Positions 16,371 through 29,989 are shown, counted from the first letter of the stretch. The stretch is DNA of 64,000 nt from Gemmatimonadales bacterium (GCA_038321865.1 JBBQFH010000007.1:1-64000); one strand, 5' to 3'. Notes: a model not told the origin generated them from the letters alone. Made by a program: numbers and translations.

Positions 16371-16964
16371 ATGCGCGAGGTCGCGCTGACCGGGAACGCC
16401 GCCGCCGGGAAGTCATCAGTGGCCGAGCTGTTCCGGCGCTGGGGCACCACCGTGATCGATGCCGACCAGCTGGTGCGGGAAGCGCAGGCGCCCGGCACGC
16501 CGACGCTGGCGGCGATCGTCGGGCGGTTCGGCACCGGCGTGCTCGCCGAAGGCGGCACGCTCGACCGGCCGAAGCTTCGGGCCGTGGTCCTGGCGGATCC
16601 CGCGGCGCGGCACGATCTCGAGGCGATCGTCCATCCCGAAGTCGAGCGCCGGCGGGCCCGGCTCGTCGCCGACGCCCGAAACCGGGGTGAAGCCCTGGTC
16701 GTCAGCGACATTCCGCTCCTCTTCGAAGCGGGTGATCCGGCGGCGTTCGACGGCGTCATCCTGGTCGAGGCCTCGCCGGCGGTGCGCCGGGCCAGGCTGG
16801 TCGCGCGCGGCCTGCCGCCGGTCGAGGCGGACCGCCTGATCGCGGCGCAGACGCCGTCGGAGCTGAAGCGATGCCGCAGCACGTTCGTGATCGAGAACGA
16901 CGGGGTGATGTCGGCGCTCGAGCGGCGCAGCCGGGAGGTCTGGCAGGCGCTTCAGGATGCTTGA
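16371..16964 (+). CDS. coaE: Dephospho-CoA kinase
   Basis: LTGNAAAGKS, IDAD, LEAIVHP and DIPLLFE motifs. Start ATG 16371. Confidence 0.93.
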   Translation: MREVALTGNAAAGKSSVAELFRRWGTTVIDADQLVREAQAPGTPTLAAIVGRFGTGVLAEGGTLDRPKLRAVVLADPAARHDLEAIVHPEVERRRARLVADARNRGEALVVSDIPLLFEAGDPAAFDGVILVEASPAVRRARLVARGLPPVEADRLIAAQTPSELKRCRSTFVIENDGVMSALERRSREVWQALQDA

Positions 16965-16989
16965 TTTCGATTGACGGCACGCCTATCCT
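16961..16989 (+). promoter_or_regulatory. Sigma70-type promoter of gcvH
   Basis: TTGATT-17-TATCCT. Confidence 0.5.
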
Positions 16990-17019
16990 CACGCAGGTCC
17001 CACCAGCCCCGGAGCAACC

Positions 17020-17409
17020 GTGTCGAACGTCCCCGAAGAGATGATGTACACCACCGAGCACGAGTACGTGCTCAAGACCGATGCCGGTGATGTCGTGCAG
17101 GTCGGCATCACGGATTACGCGCAGGGCGAGCTGGGTGACATCGTCTTCGTGAGTCTTCCGAAGGTCGGTCAGAAGTTCGATACCCACGAGCCGTTCGGGA
17201 CGATCGAGGCCGTCAAGGCGGTGTCCGAGCTGTACAGCCCGGTCGCCGGCACGGTGACCGAGGTGAACGAAAGCCTCGATGCCGACCCCGCCGGCGTCAA
17301 TCACGACCCGTACACCACCGGCTGGATGGTGAAGCTCCGCGTGGCGGACCCGGACGAGCTGCACGGCCTGCTCGACGCTTCGGCGTACCGCAAGCACATC
17401 GGCGAGTGA
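17020..17409 (+). CDS. gcvH: Glycine cleavage system H protein
   Basis: GITDYAQGELGDIV, lipoyl-Lys motif EAVKAVSE, DPYTTGW. Confidence 0.96.
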   Translation: MSNVPEEMMYTTEHEYVLKTDAGDVVQVGITDYAQGELGDIVFVSLPKVGQKFDTHEPFGTIEAVKAVSELYSPVAGTVTEVNESLDADPAGVNHDPYTTGWMVKLRVADPDELHGLLDASAYRKHIGE

Positions 17410-17440
17410 CGCGGGGAGGCCCCGCGGCCCCGGAACTTTC

Positions 17441-17471
17441 GACGCCCCGGGAAGGTTTCCTCGGGGCGTTT
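17441..17471 (+). terminator. Hairpin between gcvH and gcvP (partial terminator or stability element)
   Basis: GACGCCCCG-GGAA...TTCC-T-CGGGGCGTT, followed by a short T run. Confidence 0.4.
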
Positions 17472-17517
17472 GTGCGTACCGCATTGTCTCTCTTTTCTGC
17501 AGGAGCCTGACCGAGTG

Positions 17518-20402
<2,885 letters not shown>

Positions 20403-20406
<4 letters not shown>

Positions 20407-21173
20407 CGGACTGGGCGTATTGGCTCGACCGCGATCCGCGGCCGGGCCCGCACAACATGGCCATCGATCGGGCCCTCCTGGACCTCGCGGACCGGGAGGG
20501 CCTCGCCGTCTTGCGCATCTATCGCTGGGCCCCGCACTGCCTGTCCTTCGGCCGAAACGAGCCCGCGCTCCGGCGGTACGACCGCGAGATGATCATGCGC
20601 CGGGGCATCCCGGTCGTTCGTCGCCCTACCGGCGGGCGCGCGGTCTGGCATGCGCGGGAGGTGACCTACAGCCTCGCGGCGCCGGCCGCGCGCTTCGGTA
20701 CGCTGCCGGCCGCCTATCTCGCAATTCATCGCGTGCTGGCCCAGGCGCTCTCCACCCTCGGCGTGGCAACCGGACTGGCGCCGCGGAGCGACACCGCGGC
20801 GCTGGACGCGGGCGCCTGTTTCGCCAGCCCTGTCGGCGGAGAGGTCGTGATCGCCGGCCGCAAGATCGTCGGGAGCGCGCAGCTCCGGCTCGGCAACGGG
20901 CTGCTGCAACACGGCTCGGTGCTGCTGGACGACGATCAGCAGCTCGTGGCCGAGGTGACCGTGGGGGTCGCCGCCCCGGGCCGGGACGCACCGCTCAACT
21001 CGCTGCTGGCGACGCCGGTCAGCTTTGAGGTGGTTGCGGCGTCGATCGCGCGGGCCGCGGAGCTGGCGCTGGCCGGCCGATGGTCGCCGGCTGAGCGCCC
21101 CGATCGGATCCTCCATGAGGCGGATGCGCACCTCCCACTGTTCGAATCCGACGCGTGGACCTGGCGCCGCTAG
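20403..21173 (+). CDS. Lipoate-protein ligase / octanoyltransferase (LplA/LipM family)
   Basis: [27 protein letters not shown] and LQHGS motifs. Probable CTG start at 20403 overlapping the gcvP stop; first ATG is at 20457. Confidence 0.9.
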
Positions 21174-21247
21174 CGCGTAGCCGGGCGCGCGGGGTCGGTG
21201 CTACATTCTTGAGGCCCCCTTCACATCCCCCGCTCGAGGACCGCGCC

Positions 21248-22876
21248 ATGCATCGGACGCCCTTCGTCCTCGCGATACTCGCCGCCGCGGCGTGTAGCCC
21301 GGCCGCCGAGCGCCCCGCGATCACGACTGCGGTCATCGCCGTGGGCGAGTCGGCGCAGCTGCCGGTGCCGGTGCTGCTGAGCTCGAGCGGGCGGTCGGCG
21401 GACGCCGAGGTTGCTGACCTGATGTTTCTCCGGCTCGCCGCGCTGGGGCCAACCCATGAAACCTCGGGCGATCGCGGCTTCGAGCCCCAGCTCGCCTCCG
21501 GGTGGACCCGCCGGGATTCGGTCACACTGGCGTTCGATCTCGATTCCCGCGCGCGGTGGCACGACGGACAGCCGGTCACGGCGCGGGACGTGGTGTTCAC
21601 GTTCGGGCTCGCCCGGGACACGATGTTCTCGGCGACGCTCTCCGGCCTGCTCCACCGAATCACGGATGTGAGCGCGGAAGGTGACCATCGCGTCGTCGTG
21701 CGCTTTGCCCAGCCCTATGCCGAACAGCTGTACGACGCCGCGTTCCACGTTCAGCCGCTCCCGGCCCACCTGCTGCAGGGCCAGTCGCTCGAGCAGCTCC
21801 TGCGCTCCGACTTCGTGCGAAGCCCCGTGGGCAACGGCCCGTACCGCTGGGTGCGCTCCGACGCCGGCAAGGTGATCGAGCTGGCCGCCGACCCCGCCTT
21901 CTTTCTCGGTACTCCCGGAATCGGACGGGTCCTGATCCGGACCGCCGATGACGGCGATGCGCGGCTCAACATGCTGCTCGCGGGCGAGGCCGATGCGCTC
22001 ATGGCCGTGGTTCCCCCGCTCGCCAACGTCGAGCGGGTGAACGCGACCGGCCGCCTCTCGCTCGTTCCCGTGCCCTCGACGACGCTGGGGTACCTGCTGT
22101 TCAACCAGCGCGACCCCACCGCGAGCTCGCGGCCACATCCGATCCTGTCCGACGTCCGGGTCCGCCGCGCGCTGGTGCTCGCGCTCGACCGCCGGGCCAT
22201 CACGCACGCCGTCCTGGGCCCGTACGGCTCGGTCCCCTACGGGCCGGTATCGTCCGTGCTCTGGATCTCGCGAATCTCCCCCGCCGCAGCGGCACCTGAC
22301 ACGGCGGAGGCGCGGCGATTGCTCGCTGCCGCCGGCTGGCGCGACAGCGACGGCGACGGCATTGCCGACCGCGGCGGGCGCCCACTGCGCCTGAGCATCA
22401 CGGTGCCCGCGCAGAGCACCACCCGGAAAGCGATGGCCGCACTGGTGCAGGAGCAGCTTCGGCAGGCGGGTGTCCAGATCGACCTCGCCGTCATCGACGG
22501 GAAGATTCAGGGCGAACGCCGAAAGGCCGGACAGTTCGACATTGATTTCTCGGGGGCCACCCAGGACCCCACTCCGGCTGGACTGACGCAGAGCTGGACC
22601 TGTCACGGCGGATCGAATGTGGCGCACTTCTGCGACGCGGTGGTCGATTCCCTCATCACTCTCGCCATCGTCTCGCCCACGCCGCCCAACGACCTGTGGA
22701 CGGCGGCGCTGGACCGGCTGGAAGCGGATGCGCCGGCCGCCTTCATGTACACGCCGGTGACGGTGTTCGGCGTAAGCAACCGGTTCGCCCACGTGGACAT
22801 TCGTCCGGAGTCGCCCTGGGTCGTGCTGTGGCGCTGGTCGGTGAAAACCGGTCGCGACAGTGCCCGCTCCCGCTAG
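21248..22876 (+). CDS. Peptide ABC transporter substrate-binding lipoprotein (family 5)
   Basis: Lipobox AAAC, WHDGQPVTARDVVFT, PVGNGPY, DVRVRRAL. Confidence 0.92.
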   Translation: MHRTPFVLAILAAAACSPAAERPAITTAVIAVGESAQLPVPVLLSSSGRSADAEVADLMFLRLAALGPTHETSGDRGFEPQLASGWTRRDSVTLAFDLDSRARWHDGQPVTARDVVFTFGLARDTMFSATLSGLLHRITDVSAEGDHRVVVRFAQPYAEQLYDAAFHVQPLPAHLLQGQSLEQLLRSDFVRSPVGNGPYRWVRSDAGKVIELAADPAFFLGTPGIGRVLIRTADDGDARLNMLLAGEADALMAVVPPLANVERVNATGRLSLVPVPSTTLGYLLFNQRDPTASSRPHPILSDVRVRRALVLALDRRAITHAVLGPYGSVPYGPVSSVLWISRISPAAAAPDTAEARRLLAAAGWRDSDGDGIADRGGRPLRLSITVPAQSTTRKAMAALVQEQLRQAGVQIDLAVIDGKIQGERRKAGQFDIDFSGATQDPTPAGLTQSWTCHGGSNVAHFCDAVVDSLITLAIVSPTPPNDLWTAALDRLEADAPAAFMYTPVTVFGVSNRFAHVDIRPESPWVVLWRWSVKTGRDSARSR

Positions 22877-22882
22877 CCGCGA

Positions 22883-23854
22883 ATGAGCCGCTGGCTGCTG
22901 GCGCGGGGGCTCCATGCCGTGTCCACCTTCATCCTCGTCGTCTGCCTGCTGTTTTTCCTGATGCGCGCCGTGCCCGGCGACCCGCTCTCCCGCCTGAGCG
23001 AGGATCGTCCCATGGCACCGCGCGAGATCGCCGCGCTTCGCGCCCGCTACGGGCTGGACCAGCCGGTCGGCCGGCAATTCGCCGCCTTCGTCGGTGGCGC
23101 CCTCCGCGGCGACTTCGGCACCTCGATCGAGTATCGGCGGCCGGTGACGTCGCTCGTGGTGGACCGCATCCCGGCCACGCTCCTCCTGGGCGGGACCGTG
23201 CTGGTGCTGAACTTCACACTCGGGCTCTGGCTCGGCGTTCGGCAGGCGGTGCGCAAGGGCAGCCGTACCGACCGGGCACTCGAAGCCGCGTCGCTGTCCG
23301 GCTATTCGGTGCCCTCGTTCTGGCTCGGGCTCCTGCTCGCCTGGCTCTTCGCCATCCACTGGCGGCTGCTCCCGCCCGGTGGCATGCACGACCTCCTCCT
23401 CGATCCCGCCGCCCCGGCGGCCACGCGCGCGTGGGACCTGCTCCGGCACCTCGCCTTGCCGGCCCTCACGCTTTCCCTGGTGAGCATCGCCGCCACCATG
23501 CGTTACCAGCGAGTGGCGATGATCGAAGCGCTCCGGTTTCCCTTCGTGCAAACCGCGCGCGCCAAAGGGATCACCGAACAGCGGACGGTATGGCGCCATG
23601 CGTGGCCCAATGCGCTTTTTCCGGTGATCACGCTGTTCGGGCTGTGGCTGCCGGTGCTGGTGACGGGCTCGGTGTTCGTCGAGCAGGTCTTTGCCTGGCC
23701 TGGCCTCGGGAGCCTTGCCGCCGGTGCCGTCAGTGCCCGGGATTATCCGGTACTGATGGGCACGTCGCTGCTGGTGAGCGGCATGGTCATCATCGGCGGG
23801 CTCGTGGCGGATGTCCTCTACGCGGCGCTCGATCCGCGGATCCGGCACGCGTGA
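22883..23854 (+). CDS. Peptide ABC transporter permease (OppB/DppB-like)
   Basis: PGDP, GDFGTS, TARAKG, HAWPNA and RDYPVL motifs. Confidence 0.93.
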   Translation: MSRWLLARGLHAVSTFILVVCLLFFLMRAVPGDPLSRLSEDRPMAPREIAALRARYGLDQPVGRQFAAFVGGALRGDFGTSIEYRRPVTSLVVDRIPATLLLGGTVLVLNFTLGLWLGVRQAVRKGSRTDRALEAASLSGYSVPSFWLGLLLAWLFAIHWRLLPPGGMHDLLLDPAAPAATRAWDLLRHLALPALTLSLVSIAATMRYQRVAMIEALRFPFVQTARAKGITEQRTVWRHAWPNALFPVITLFGLWLPVLVTGSVFVEQVFAWPGLGSLAAGAVSARDYPVLMGTSLLVSGMVIIGGLVADVLYAALDPRIRHA

Positions 23855-24690
23855 TCCCGCTCGCGCGCGTCGTGGGCAGCGCGGGACGCCGCGGGCCCGC
23901 GCGAGCCGGCGCGGCCATCCTGTGCCTGGTAATTCTCGGTGCCCTGGTCGCCCCGATCTTCCTGCAGAGCCCCACCGCGCAACCCGACATCCAGCACGGC
24001 GGCCAGCCCCCGAGCCCGGGGCACCTCATGGGCACCGACCAGTTGAGCCGCGACGTGCTTACCCGGGTGGCCAGCGGGGGCCGGGTGTCGCTGGCGGTGG
24101 CGGCGGTCGCCGTTGCGCTCTCGGTCACCATCGGTGCGCTGTTCGGGCTGGCCGCGGGATACTGGGGCGGCGCGGTGGACGCGCTGATCATGCGCCTGGT
24201 CGATGCGGCGCTCGCGATCCCGCGGCTCTTTCTGCTGCTCCTGCTGCTCGCGTTGTGGGAGCGCATCCCGCTGGCTGCGTTCATTCTGATCGTCGGCGCG
24301 ACCGGCTGGTTCGGGACCAGCCGCCTCGTCAGGGCGGAGGTCCTGCGCCTGCGGGAGACCGATTACGTGCGGGCGGCGCGCGCGCTCGGCGCGGGCCCGG
24401 GACGGATTATGTTTCGGCACCTGCTCCCCAACGCACTTGGCCCGCTGCTGGTCGCGGCCACACTGGGGATCGGGGAGGTCATTCTGCTCGAGGCCGGCCT
24501 CTCCTTTCTCGGTCTCGGCATCCAGCCTCCGACGCCGTCATGGGGCGGCATGATCTTCGACGCCAAGGAAGTGCTCGTGACCGCGCCGTGGGCCAGCGTA
24601 TTTCCCGCGCTCGCGATCGCGCTCACGGTCCTTTCCGTCAACCTCATCGGCGACGCCCTCCGCGACGCCCTCGACCCCCAGGGCGCATGA
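23851..24690 (+). CDS. Peptide ABC transporter permease (OppC/DppC-like)
   Basis: HLMGTDQLSRD, HLLPN, EAGLSFLGLG and GDALRDALDP. GTGA overlap with the previous gene. Confidence 0.93.
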   Translation: MIPLARVVGSAGRRGPARAGAAILCLVILGALVAPIFLQSPTAQPDIQHGGQPPSPGHLMGTDQLSRDVLTRVASGGRVSLAVAAVAVALSVTIGALFGLAAGYWGGAVDALIMRLVDAALAIPRLFLLLLLLALWERIPLAAFILIVGATGWFGTSRLVRAEVLRLRETDYVRAARALGAGPGRIMFRHLLPNALGPLLVAATLGIGEVILLEAGLSFLGLGIQPPTPSWGGMIFDAKEVLVTAPWASVFPALAIALTVLSVNLIGDALRDALDPQGA

Positions 24691-25658
24691 CGACATTGCT
24701 CGAAGTACGCGATCTCCGGGTGTCCTTTCCAGCGGCAGCGGGCCAGGTCTGGCCGGTGGACGGCGTCAGCTTCGCGCTCGAGCAGGGCAAGACCCTCGCG
24801 CTCGTCGGCGAGTCAGGGTGCGGCAAGAGCCTTACCAGTCTCGCCATCCTGCAGCTGGTCCCCGCTCCCGGCGTCATCGATCCCGCGAGCGCCATCCGCC
24901 TGGGCGCCACCGATCTGCTCGCGCTTCGGGGTGAGGCGCTCCGGCAGGTTCGCGGGCGGCGGATCGGCATGATCTTCCAAGACCCGATGACCAGTCTCAA
25001 CCCCGTCTTCACCGTCGGGGACCAGATCGCCGAGGGCATCCGCGCCCATTTCGACGTGTCCAGGCGTTCCGCGCTCGCGCGGGCGGAGGCGCTCCTCGGT
25101 GAAGTGGGGATCGGCGACGCCGCCGGCCGGCTCGGCGCATATCCTCACCAGCTCAGCGGCGGCATGCGGCAACGCGTGATGATCGCGATCGCGCTGGCGG
25201 CCGAACCGGAGATTCTGATCGCCGACGAGCCGACGACGGCGCTGGACGTGACCGTGCAGGCCCAGATCCTCGAGGTGCTCGACGGCCTCCGCGCGAGCCG
25301 GGGCATGGCGATCCTGCTCATCACCCACGACCTGGGCATCGTCGCGGGGCGAGCCGACCGCGTCGCTGTCATGTACGCGGGACAGATCGTGGAGGAAGCG
25401 CCGACGGCCGAGTTGTTCGCCCGCCCGTCCCATCCCTACACACAGGGGCTGTTCGCGTCGGTGCCACGCCTGACCGGACCGGTCGGACGGCTGACCCCGA
25501 TTCGTGGCAGCGTGCCCCCACCGACGGCGTGGCCCACGGGCTGCCGCTTCCGGCCGCGCTGTCCCATCGTCCATGCGCGGAGCGAGACGATGCCGCCGCT
25601 GCTCGCCGCCGGCCCCGACCACCGGATGCGCTGCTGGATCGCCGAGGACCCCCGATGA
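24687..25658 (+). CDS. Peptide ABC transporter ATPase (OppD/DppD-like)
   Basis: [25 protein letters not shown] and GCRFRPRC. Confidence 0.95.
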   Translation: MTTLLEVRDLRVSFPAAAGQVWPVDGVSFALEQGKTLALVGESGCGKSLTSLAILQLVPAPGVIDPASAIRLGATDLLALRGEALRQVRGRRIGMIFQDPMTSLNPVFTVGDQIAEGIRAHFDVSRRSALARAEALLGEVGIGDAAGRLGAYPHQLSGGMRQRVMIAIALAAEPEILIADEPTTALDVTVQAQILEVLDGLRASRGMAILLITHDLGIVAGRADRVAVMYAGQIVEEAPTAELFARPSHPYTQGLFASVPRLTGPVGRLTPIRGSVPPPTAWPTGCRFRPRCPIVHARSETMPPLLAAGPDHRMRCWIAEDPR

Positions 25659-26680
25659 GCGGCGAGCCGCTGGTGATGGTCCGCGACCTGGTGAAGCACT
25701 ATCGGAGCGGCGGGATGTTCGCCGGCAAGGCACCACCGGTGCGTGCCGTAGAGGGTGTCTCCTTCGAAATCGCCAGAGGGGAAACGCTGGGCCTGGTGGG
25801 CGAGTCGGGCTGCGGGAAGAGCTCCGTCGGCCGCACCGTTCTCCGCCTGCAGGAACCAACGTCAGGCGAGGCGGTGTTCGACGGCGAACGCGTCTTCGAA
25901 CTCGGGCGTGAGCCGCTCCGGGCGCTCCGGCGGCGGATGCAGATCATCTTCCAGGACCCCTACAGCTCGCTCAATCCCCGGATGACCGTCGGCGCCGCGA
26001 TCGCGGAAGGGATCGAGATTCACCGGCTGGCCTCTCGAGCGGAGACCCCGGCCCGGGTCGCGGCACTGCTCGAGGAGGTGGGACTCGACGGCAGCTACGC
26101 CCGGCGCTACCCGCACGAATTTTCCGGCGGGCAGCGCCAGCGCATCGGCATTGCCCGGGCCCTGGCGGTCCAGCCGGCGTTCATCGTCTGCGACGAGCCG
26201 GTCTCGGCGCTGGACGTGTCGGTTCAGGCGCAGGTGTTGAACCTGCTGGCGGACCTGCAGCGCCAGCGCGGGCTATCGTATCTATTCATCGCCCACGACC
26301 TGGCCGTCGTCCGGCAGATCGCGCAGCGCATCGCCGTGATGTATCTCGGCCGGATCGTCGAGAGCGGCACGACCGACGCGCTGCTCACCGACCCGCGCCA
26401 CCCCTACACGCAGGCGCTGCTCTCCGCGGTGCCCGAGCCCGACCCGTCGGCCCAGCGGGACCGCATCGTGCTCACCGGTGATTTGCCGAGCCCGTCCAAT
26501 CCGCCGCCGGGCTGCGCATTTCACACCCGGTGTTTCCACCCGCTGCGGAGCGAGCGCTGCCGCACGGAGGTGCCGCCCCTGCGCCCGGTGGCGCACACGC
26601 TCGTGGCCTGCCATTACGCCGAAGTCCCGGCGCTGGAAGCGGTTGGCCGCGTCACGAGTGGGACCCTGCCGACGCGGTGA
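25655..26680 (+). CDS. Peptide ABC transporter ATPase (OppF/DppF-like)
   Basis: [25 protein letters not shown] and GCAFHTRC. Confidence 0.95.
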   Translation: MSGEPLVMVRDLVKHYRSGGMFAGKAPPVRAVEGVSFEIARGETLGLVGESGCGKSSVGRTVLRLQEPTSGEAVFDGERVFELGREPLRALRRRMQIIFQDPYSSLNPRMTVGAAIAEGIEIHRLASRAETPARVAALLEEVGLDGSYARRYPHEFSGGQRQRIGIARALAVQPAFIVCDEPVSALDVSVQAQVLNLLADLQRQRGLSYLFIAHDLAVVRQIAQRIAVMYLGRIVESGTTDALLTDPRHPYTQALLSAVPEPDPSAQRDRIVLTGDLPSPSNPPPGCAFHTRCFHPLRSERCRTEVPPLRPVAHTLVACHYAEVPALEAVGRVTSGTLPTR

Positions 26681-26780
26681 CGCTTCTCACGGTTTGGTCA
26701 CTCACGGCCGTCCATCTTGGATGCGCGCGCTCGGATGCGCGCGACAGCACGCAATCATTCCTTCGATGGAGGATGCAGCG

Positions 26781-27002
26781 ATGACCGACCACAAGGATCT
26801 CTACGATAAAGGCACTGAAAATCGGGTGAAGGGCGCCGCCAAGGAGCTGGAGGGCAAGGTGCGGTCCAAGGTCGCCGACGTGACCGACGACGGAAGCGAG
26901 CACGTGAAGGGGCTGGGCCAGGAGGTGAAGGGCAAGGCCCAAAAGGGGCTCGGCAAGGCGCAGCAGGCGCTGGATCCCAATCCCGGTCGCGACGACGTCT
27001 GA
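26781..27002 (+). CDS. csbD: CsbD-family stress protein
   Basis: NRVKGAAKELEGKV...EVKGKAQKGLGK, with a GGAGG SD upstream. Confidence 0.85.
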   Translation: MTDHKDLYDKGTENRVKGAAKELEGKVRSKVADVTDDGSEHVKGLGQEVKGKAQKGLGKAQQALDPNPGRDDV

Positions 27003-27166
27003 CCGACAACTGAGCGGAATCGACGATATGTGACGGGCCGCTCAAGGTGCGGCCACGTCACGGGATGGGAGCTCTGCCCGCCGGACTGTCCAGATGCTGG
27101 TCGGTCCGGCGGCATCCCGCCCCGTCGCTCATCATTGCTACGAAACGCGTTAGCACATGTAGCCCG

Positions 27167-27181
27167 TGGCACTCCGCGTGC
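27167..27181 (+). promoter_or_regulatory. Candidate sigma54 (-24/-12) promoter
   Basis: TGGCAC-TCCGC-GTGC with exact GG-N10-GC spacing, ~45 nt before ATG 27227. Confidence 0.45.
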
Positions 27182-27226
27182 CATGGGACGCTTTGGGCCC
27201 CCCCGGCCCACGAGGTGGAGCGCTGG

Positions 27227-27517
27227 ATGACGGGACTCCGGATTGCGACTTTGATCACCGTGATCGCCGCCTGCCAGGCTACGCGCGCCGCCGCCCAAGC
27301 GACAGGCACCGTGATGGCGTCGGTCACGGTCGTGGACACGAGGATCTCCGAATCGGCGAGCCGCATAGCACGTGTACTGGCTTCCGAACGGACCGGTAAG
27401 CGCTCGATCAGATTTGCCCGGGATGCCGGAGGCGTTTCGGTCACCGCACAGGCAGTCGCCTCGCCGGCAGGCCCCGCGAACGACCGACGCCGGGTGGTCA
27501 CCATCATTTTCTGGTAG
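27227..27517 (+). CDS. Small secreted hypothetical protein (96 aa)
   Basis: GAGGTGGAG SD, signal peptide ending AAA-Q, beta-strand-rich N and C termini. Confidence 0.6.
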   Translation: MTGLRIATLITVIAACQATRAAAQATGTVMASVTVVDTRISESASRIARVLASERTGKRSIRFARDAGGVSVTAQAVASPAGPANDRRRVVTIIFW

Positions 27518-27573
27518 GTCCCGCCCGTCGCCCAGCGCCGACTATCTTGCAGGGCCCAGACCCTGGAGGCTTC

Positions 27574-27972
27574 GTGCATCGCCAACGAGTGTCGACGGGC
27601 ACGGCGTGGGAGTCCGTGGTCGGCTATTCGCGCGCCATCCGCGTCGGGTCCGCCATTCATGTAGCCGGCACGACAGCCGTTGATGCGTCGGGCTCGGTCG
27701 TTGGTCCGGGCGATCCGTACATCCAGGCCGTCCACGTGCTGCGAAAGATCGAGCTGGCGCTGCGTGACCTGGGCGCATCGCTTGACGATGTCGTTCGCAC
27801 CCGGATGTTCGTGACCGACATGCGCCACTGGGAGGCCGTCGGCCGCGCCCATGGAGAGGCGTTCGCGGTCGCCCGGCCGGCCGCAACCATGGTACAGGTC
27901 GCGGCGCTGATCGATCCTGCGCTGCTGGTGGAGATCGAAGCGGACGCGATCGTGGACGGCCGAATGGACTGA
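27574..27972 (+). CDS. RidA/Rid family protein
   Basis: WESVVGYSRA, DVVRTRMFVTD, RPAATMV and LVEIEA. GGAGG SD before GTG 27574. Confidence 0.92.
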   Translation: MHRQRVSTGTAWESVVGYSRAIRVGSAIHVAGTTAVDASGSVVGPGDPYIQAVHVLRKIELALRDLGASLDDVVRTRMFVTDMRHWEAVGRAHGEAFAVARPAATMVQVAALIDPALLVEIEADAIVDGRMD

Positions 27973-27974
27973 CG

Positions 27975-28373
27975 TCAGGGCGCGGAGTCGGCTGCCACCG
28001 GGTGCACCAGCAGGCCGGTCACCAGCCCATCGCCACCCATGGTCCATTGCACTTCCACCGGGCGGGCCGCGCGCTCGAACTGTGCGGTGCGGGTGTAGAC
28101 CTCCGTCGAACCCAGCCGGGTCATGCGCTCCGTCGCCGTCCCGCGCTCGCGGCCCAGTTCACCGGTGGTCTGACCGACGAAGGCGGACAGCTCCGAGACC
28201 GACGGAAAGGTCTTCTGCATCTCGGGTGAGAAGCGCCCCCACAGCTTGTCGAATTGCCGCCCGAACAGCCACTCGGTATAGGTGCGGCCCTGCTCCAGTG
28301 CCGTCGGCCTGGGAGCGGCACTGGTACAGGCGGTTATCAGCGTCAGCGCTAGCATCGCACGGGTCCTGCGCAT
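27975..28373 (-). CDS. Hypothetical lipoprotein (DUF3887/NTF2-like fold suspected)
   Basis: Lipobox ITAC; FDKLWGRFSPEMQ...AQFE...GLVTGLLV pattern. Confidence 0.65.
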   Translation of the reverse strand: MRRTRAMLALTLITACTSAAPRPTALEQGRTYTEWLFGRQFDKLWGRFSPEMQKTFPSVSELSAFVGQTTGELGRERGTATERMTRLGSTEVYTRTAQFERAARPVEVQWTMGGDGLVTGLLVHPVAADSAP

Positions 28374-28442
28374 GGCGTCGTCCCTTGATGTTGACCCTCC
28401 ACCCTACCATGGTGGCGGGATACTTGGCAACCCGGAGCCGCC

Positions 28443-29267
28443 ATGCGGGTGTACATCTCGGTGGACATGGAAGGCGTCGCGGGGATCGCGCACGAGGATC
28501 AGACCGACCCAACCGATCCGCGCCACGCCGCGGAGTACGCGCGCGCCTGCCGTCTCATGACCGGTGAGGCCAACGCGGCGATCGAGGGCGCGCTGGCGGC
28601 CGGCGCGACGGCGGTCCTCGTGAACGACAGCCACTGGCTGATGCGCAATCTGATCGCCGACGAGCTGCACGAGGCCGCCGAGCTGATCAGCGGCGGCCCC
28701 AAGGTGCACAGCATGGTCGAGGGTATCGACGGGGGCTTCGACGCGGCGATGTTCATCGGCTATCATGGCCGCGCGGGCACCGCCAACGCCGTCATCGATC
28801 ACACCTACACCGACCGGGTGTTCGAGGTACGCGTCAACGGAACCGCCTTCGGGGAGCTCGGGCTCAATGCCGCACTCGCAGGCACCTTTGGCGTTCCCGT
28901 GGTTCTCATCAGCGGCGACCGCGCCGTTGCCGACGAGGCGTCGGCACTGCTGGGAGACCAGATCGAGGCCGTGGTGGTCAAGGAAGGGCTGGGTCGCTTC
29001 TCCGCGCGGAGCGTCGCGCCCGCCGTGGCTCGCCGCCGGATCCACGACGGGGCGAAGCGGGCGCTGGCGCACAGGCGCGCGCCCTTCACGGTCACGTCTC
29101 CAGTAACGTTCAGCGTCGATTTTGCCAAGACGCAGATGGCGGAGATGGCCCTGCTGATTCCCGGATCGCGACGCACCGCCGGGCGCACGGTGGAATACAC
29201 GCATGATGACTATCGCGAGGCGTTTCGCGCCTGGCGGGCGATGTACAATCTGGCCGCGACGGAATGA
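28443..29267 (+). CDS. M55 family D-aminopeptidase
   Basis: YISVDMEG, VNDSH, FIGYH, DHT and GELGLNA motifs. Confidence 0.93.
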   Translation: MRVYISVDMEGVAGIAHEDQTDPTDPRHAAEYARACRLMTGEANAAIEGALAAGATAVLVNDSHWLMRNLIADELHEAAELISGGPKVHSMVEGIDGGFDAAMFIGYHGRAGTANAVIDHTYTDRVFEVRVNGTAFGELGLNAALAGTFGVPVVLISGDRAVADEASALLGDQIEAVVVKEGLGRFSARSVAPAVARRRIHDGAKRALAHRRAPFTVTSPVTFSVDFAKTQMAEMALLIPGSRRTAGRTVEYTHDDYREAFRAWRAMYNLAATE

Positions 29268-29983
29268 CCGCGGCCTCCACCGTCGTCACCGGAGCGAGCC
29301 GTGGCCTGGGACTCGAATTCGTGCGCCAGTGTCTCGAGCGCGGCGACCGGGTGTTCGCGGGCACCCGCGGACCGGCGCCGGCACTCGCGAAGCTCAGCGA
29401 GCTCCACGGCGACAGACTGGTCCCCCTGATCCTCGATGTCGGGAACGAAGCATCCATCGAAGCGGCGCGGAACACCGTTGCGGGTCTCACGCCGGCGGTG
29501 AATCTGCTGCTCAATTGCGCCGGCATCTACTCGCGCCACAGCCGGAGCTGGAATCCCGCCGCGACACCACTCGCCACCGTGAGCAGCGCGGAGCTGGTAG
29601 ACGTGTTCCGGGTGAACGCCGCGGGGCCGATCCTGATGGTGCGCCACTTTCGTGACCTGCTCGAGGCGGGCCGGGCCCGGGTCCTGAATCTGAGCTCCCT
29701 CATGGGATCGGTGTCCCACAAGACGACAGGCGGCGAATATGCCTATGCCGCGAGCAAGGCGGCACTCAACATCATGACGCGCGCGGTGGCCGCCGAGCTG
29801 GCGCTGGCCGGCGTCGTTGCGCTCGCCGTCACGCCGGGCTGGGTCCGGACGGAGATGGGTGGCGCGGCGGCCTCACTCTCCCCGGAGGAATCGGTCCGCG
29901 GGATGCTGCAGGTGGCTGATCAGCTTACAGCTGCGGACAGCGGCCGCTTCGTGGACTATCGGGGTGTGCCACAGCCCTGGTGA
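29264..29983 (+). CDS. SDR oxidoreductase (CsgA/C-factor-like)
   Basis: TGASRGLG, SSLMGS, YAASK and PGWVRTEMGG. ATGA overlap with the previous gene. Confidence 0.92.
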   Translation: MTAASTVVTGASRGLGLEFVRQCLERGDRVFAGTRGPAPALAKLSELHGDRLVPLILDVGNEASIEAARNTVAGLTPAVNLLLNCAGIYSRHSRSWNPAATPLATVSSAELVDVFRVNAAGPILMVRHFRDLLEAGRARVLNLSSLMGSVSHKTTGGEYAYAASKAALNIMTRAVAAELALAGVVALAVTPGWVRTEMGGAAASLSPEESVRGMLQVADQLTAADSGRFVDYRGVPQPW

Positions 29984-29989
29984 ACGGGA

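Noticed and set aside
16965..17517. Glycine riboswitch before gcvH or gcvP
   Set aside because: No GGAGA...CCGAAG...CTCTCAGG aptamer pattern, and the intergenic spaces are short.
26685..26743. Short direct repeats upstream of csbD (CTCACGG x2, GGATGCGCGCG x2)
   Set aside because: Could be regulator sites, but short GC-rich repeats arise by chance and I found no second locus with them.
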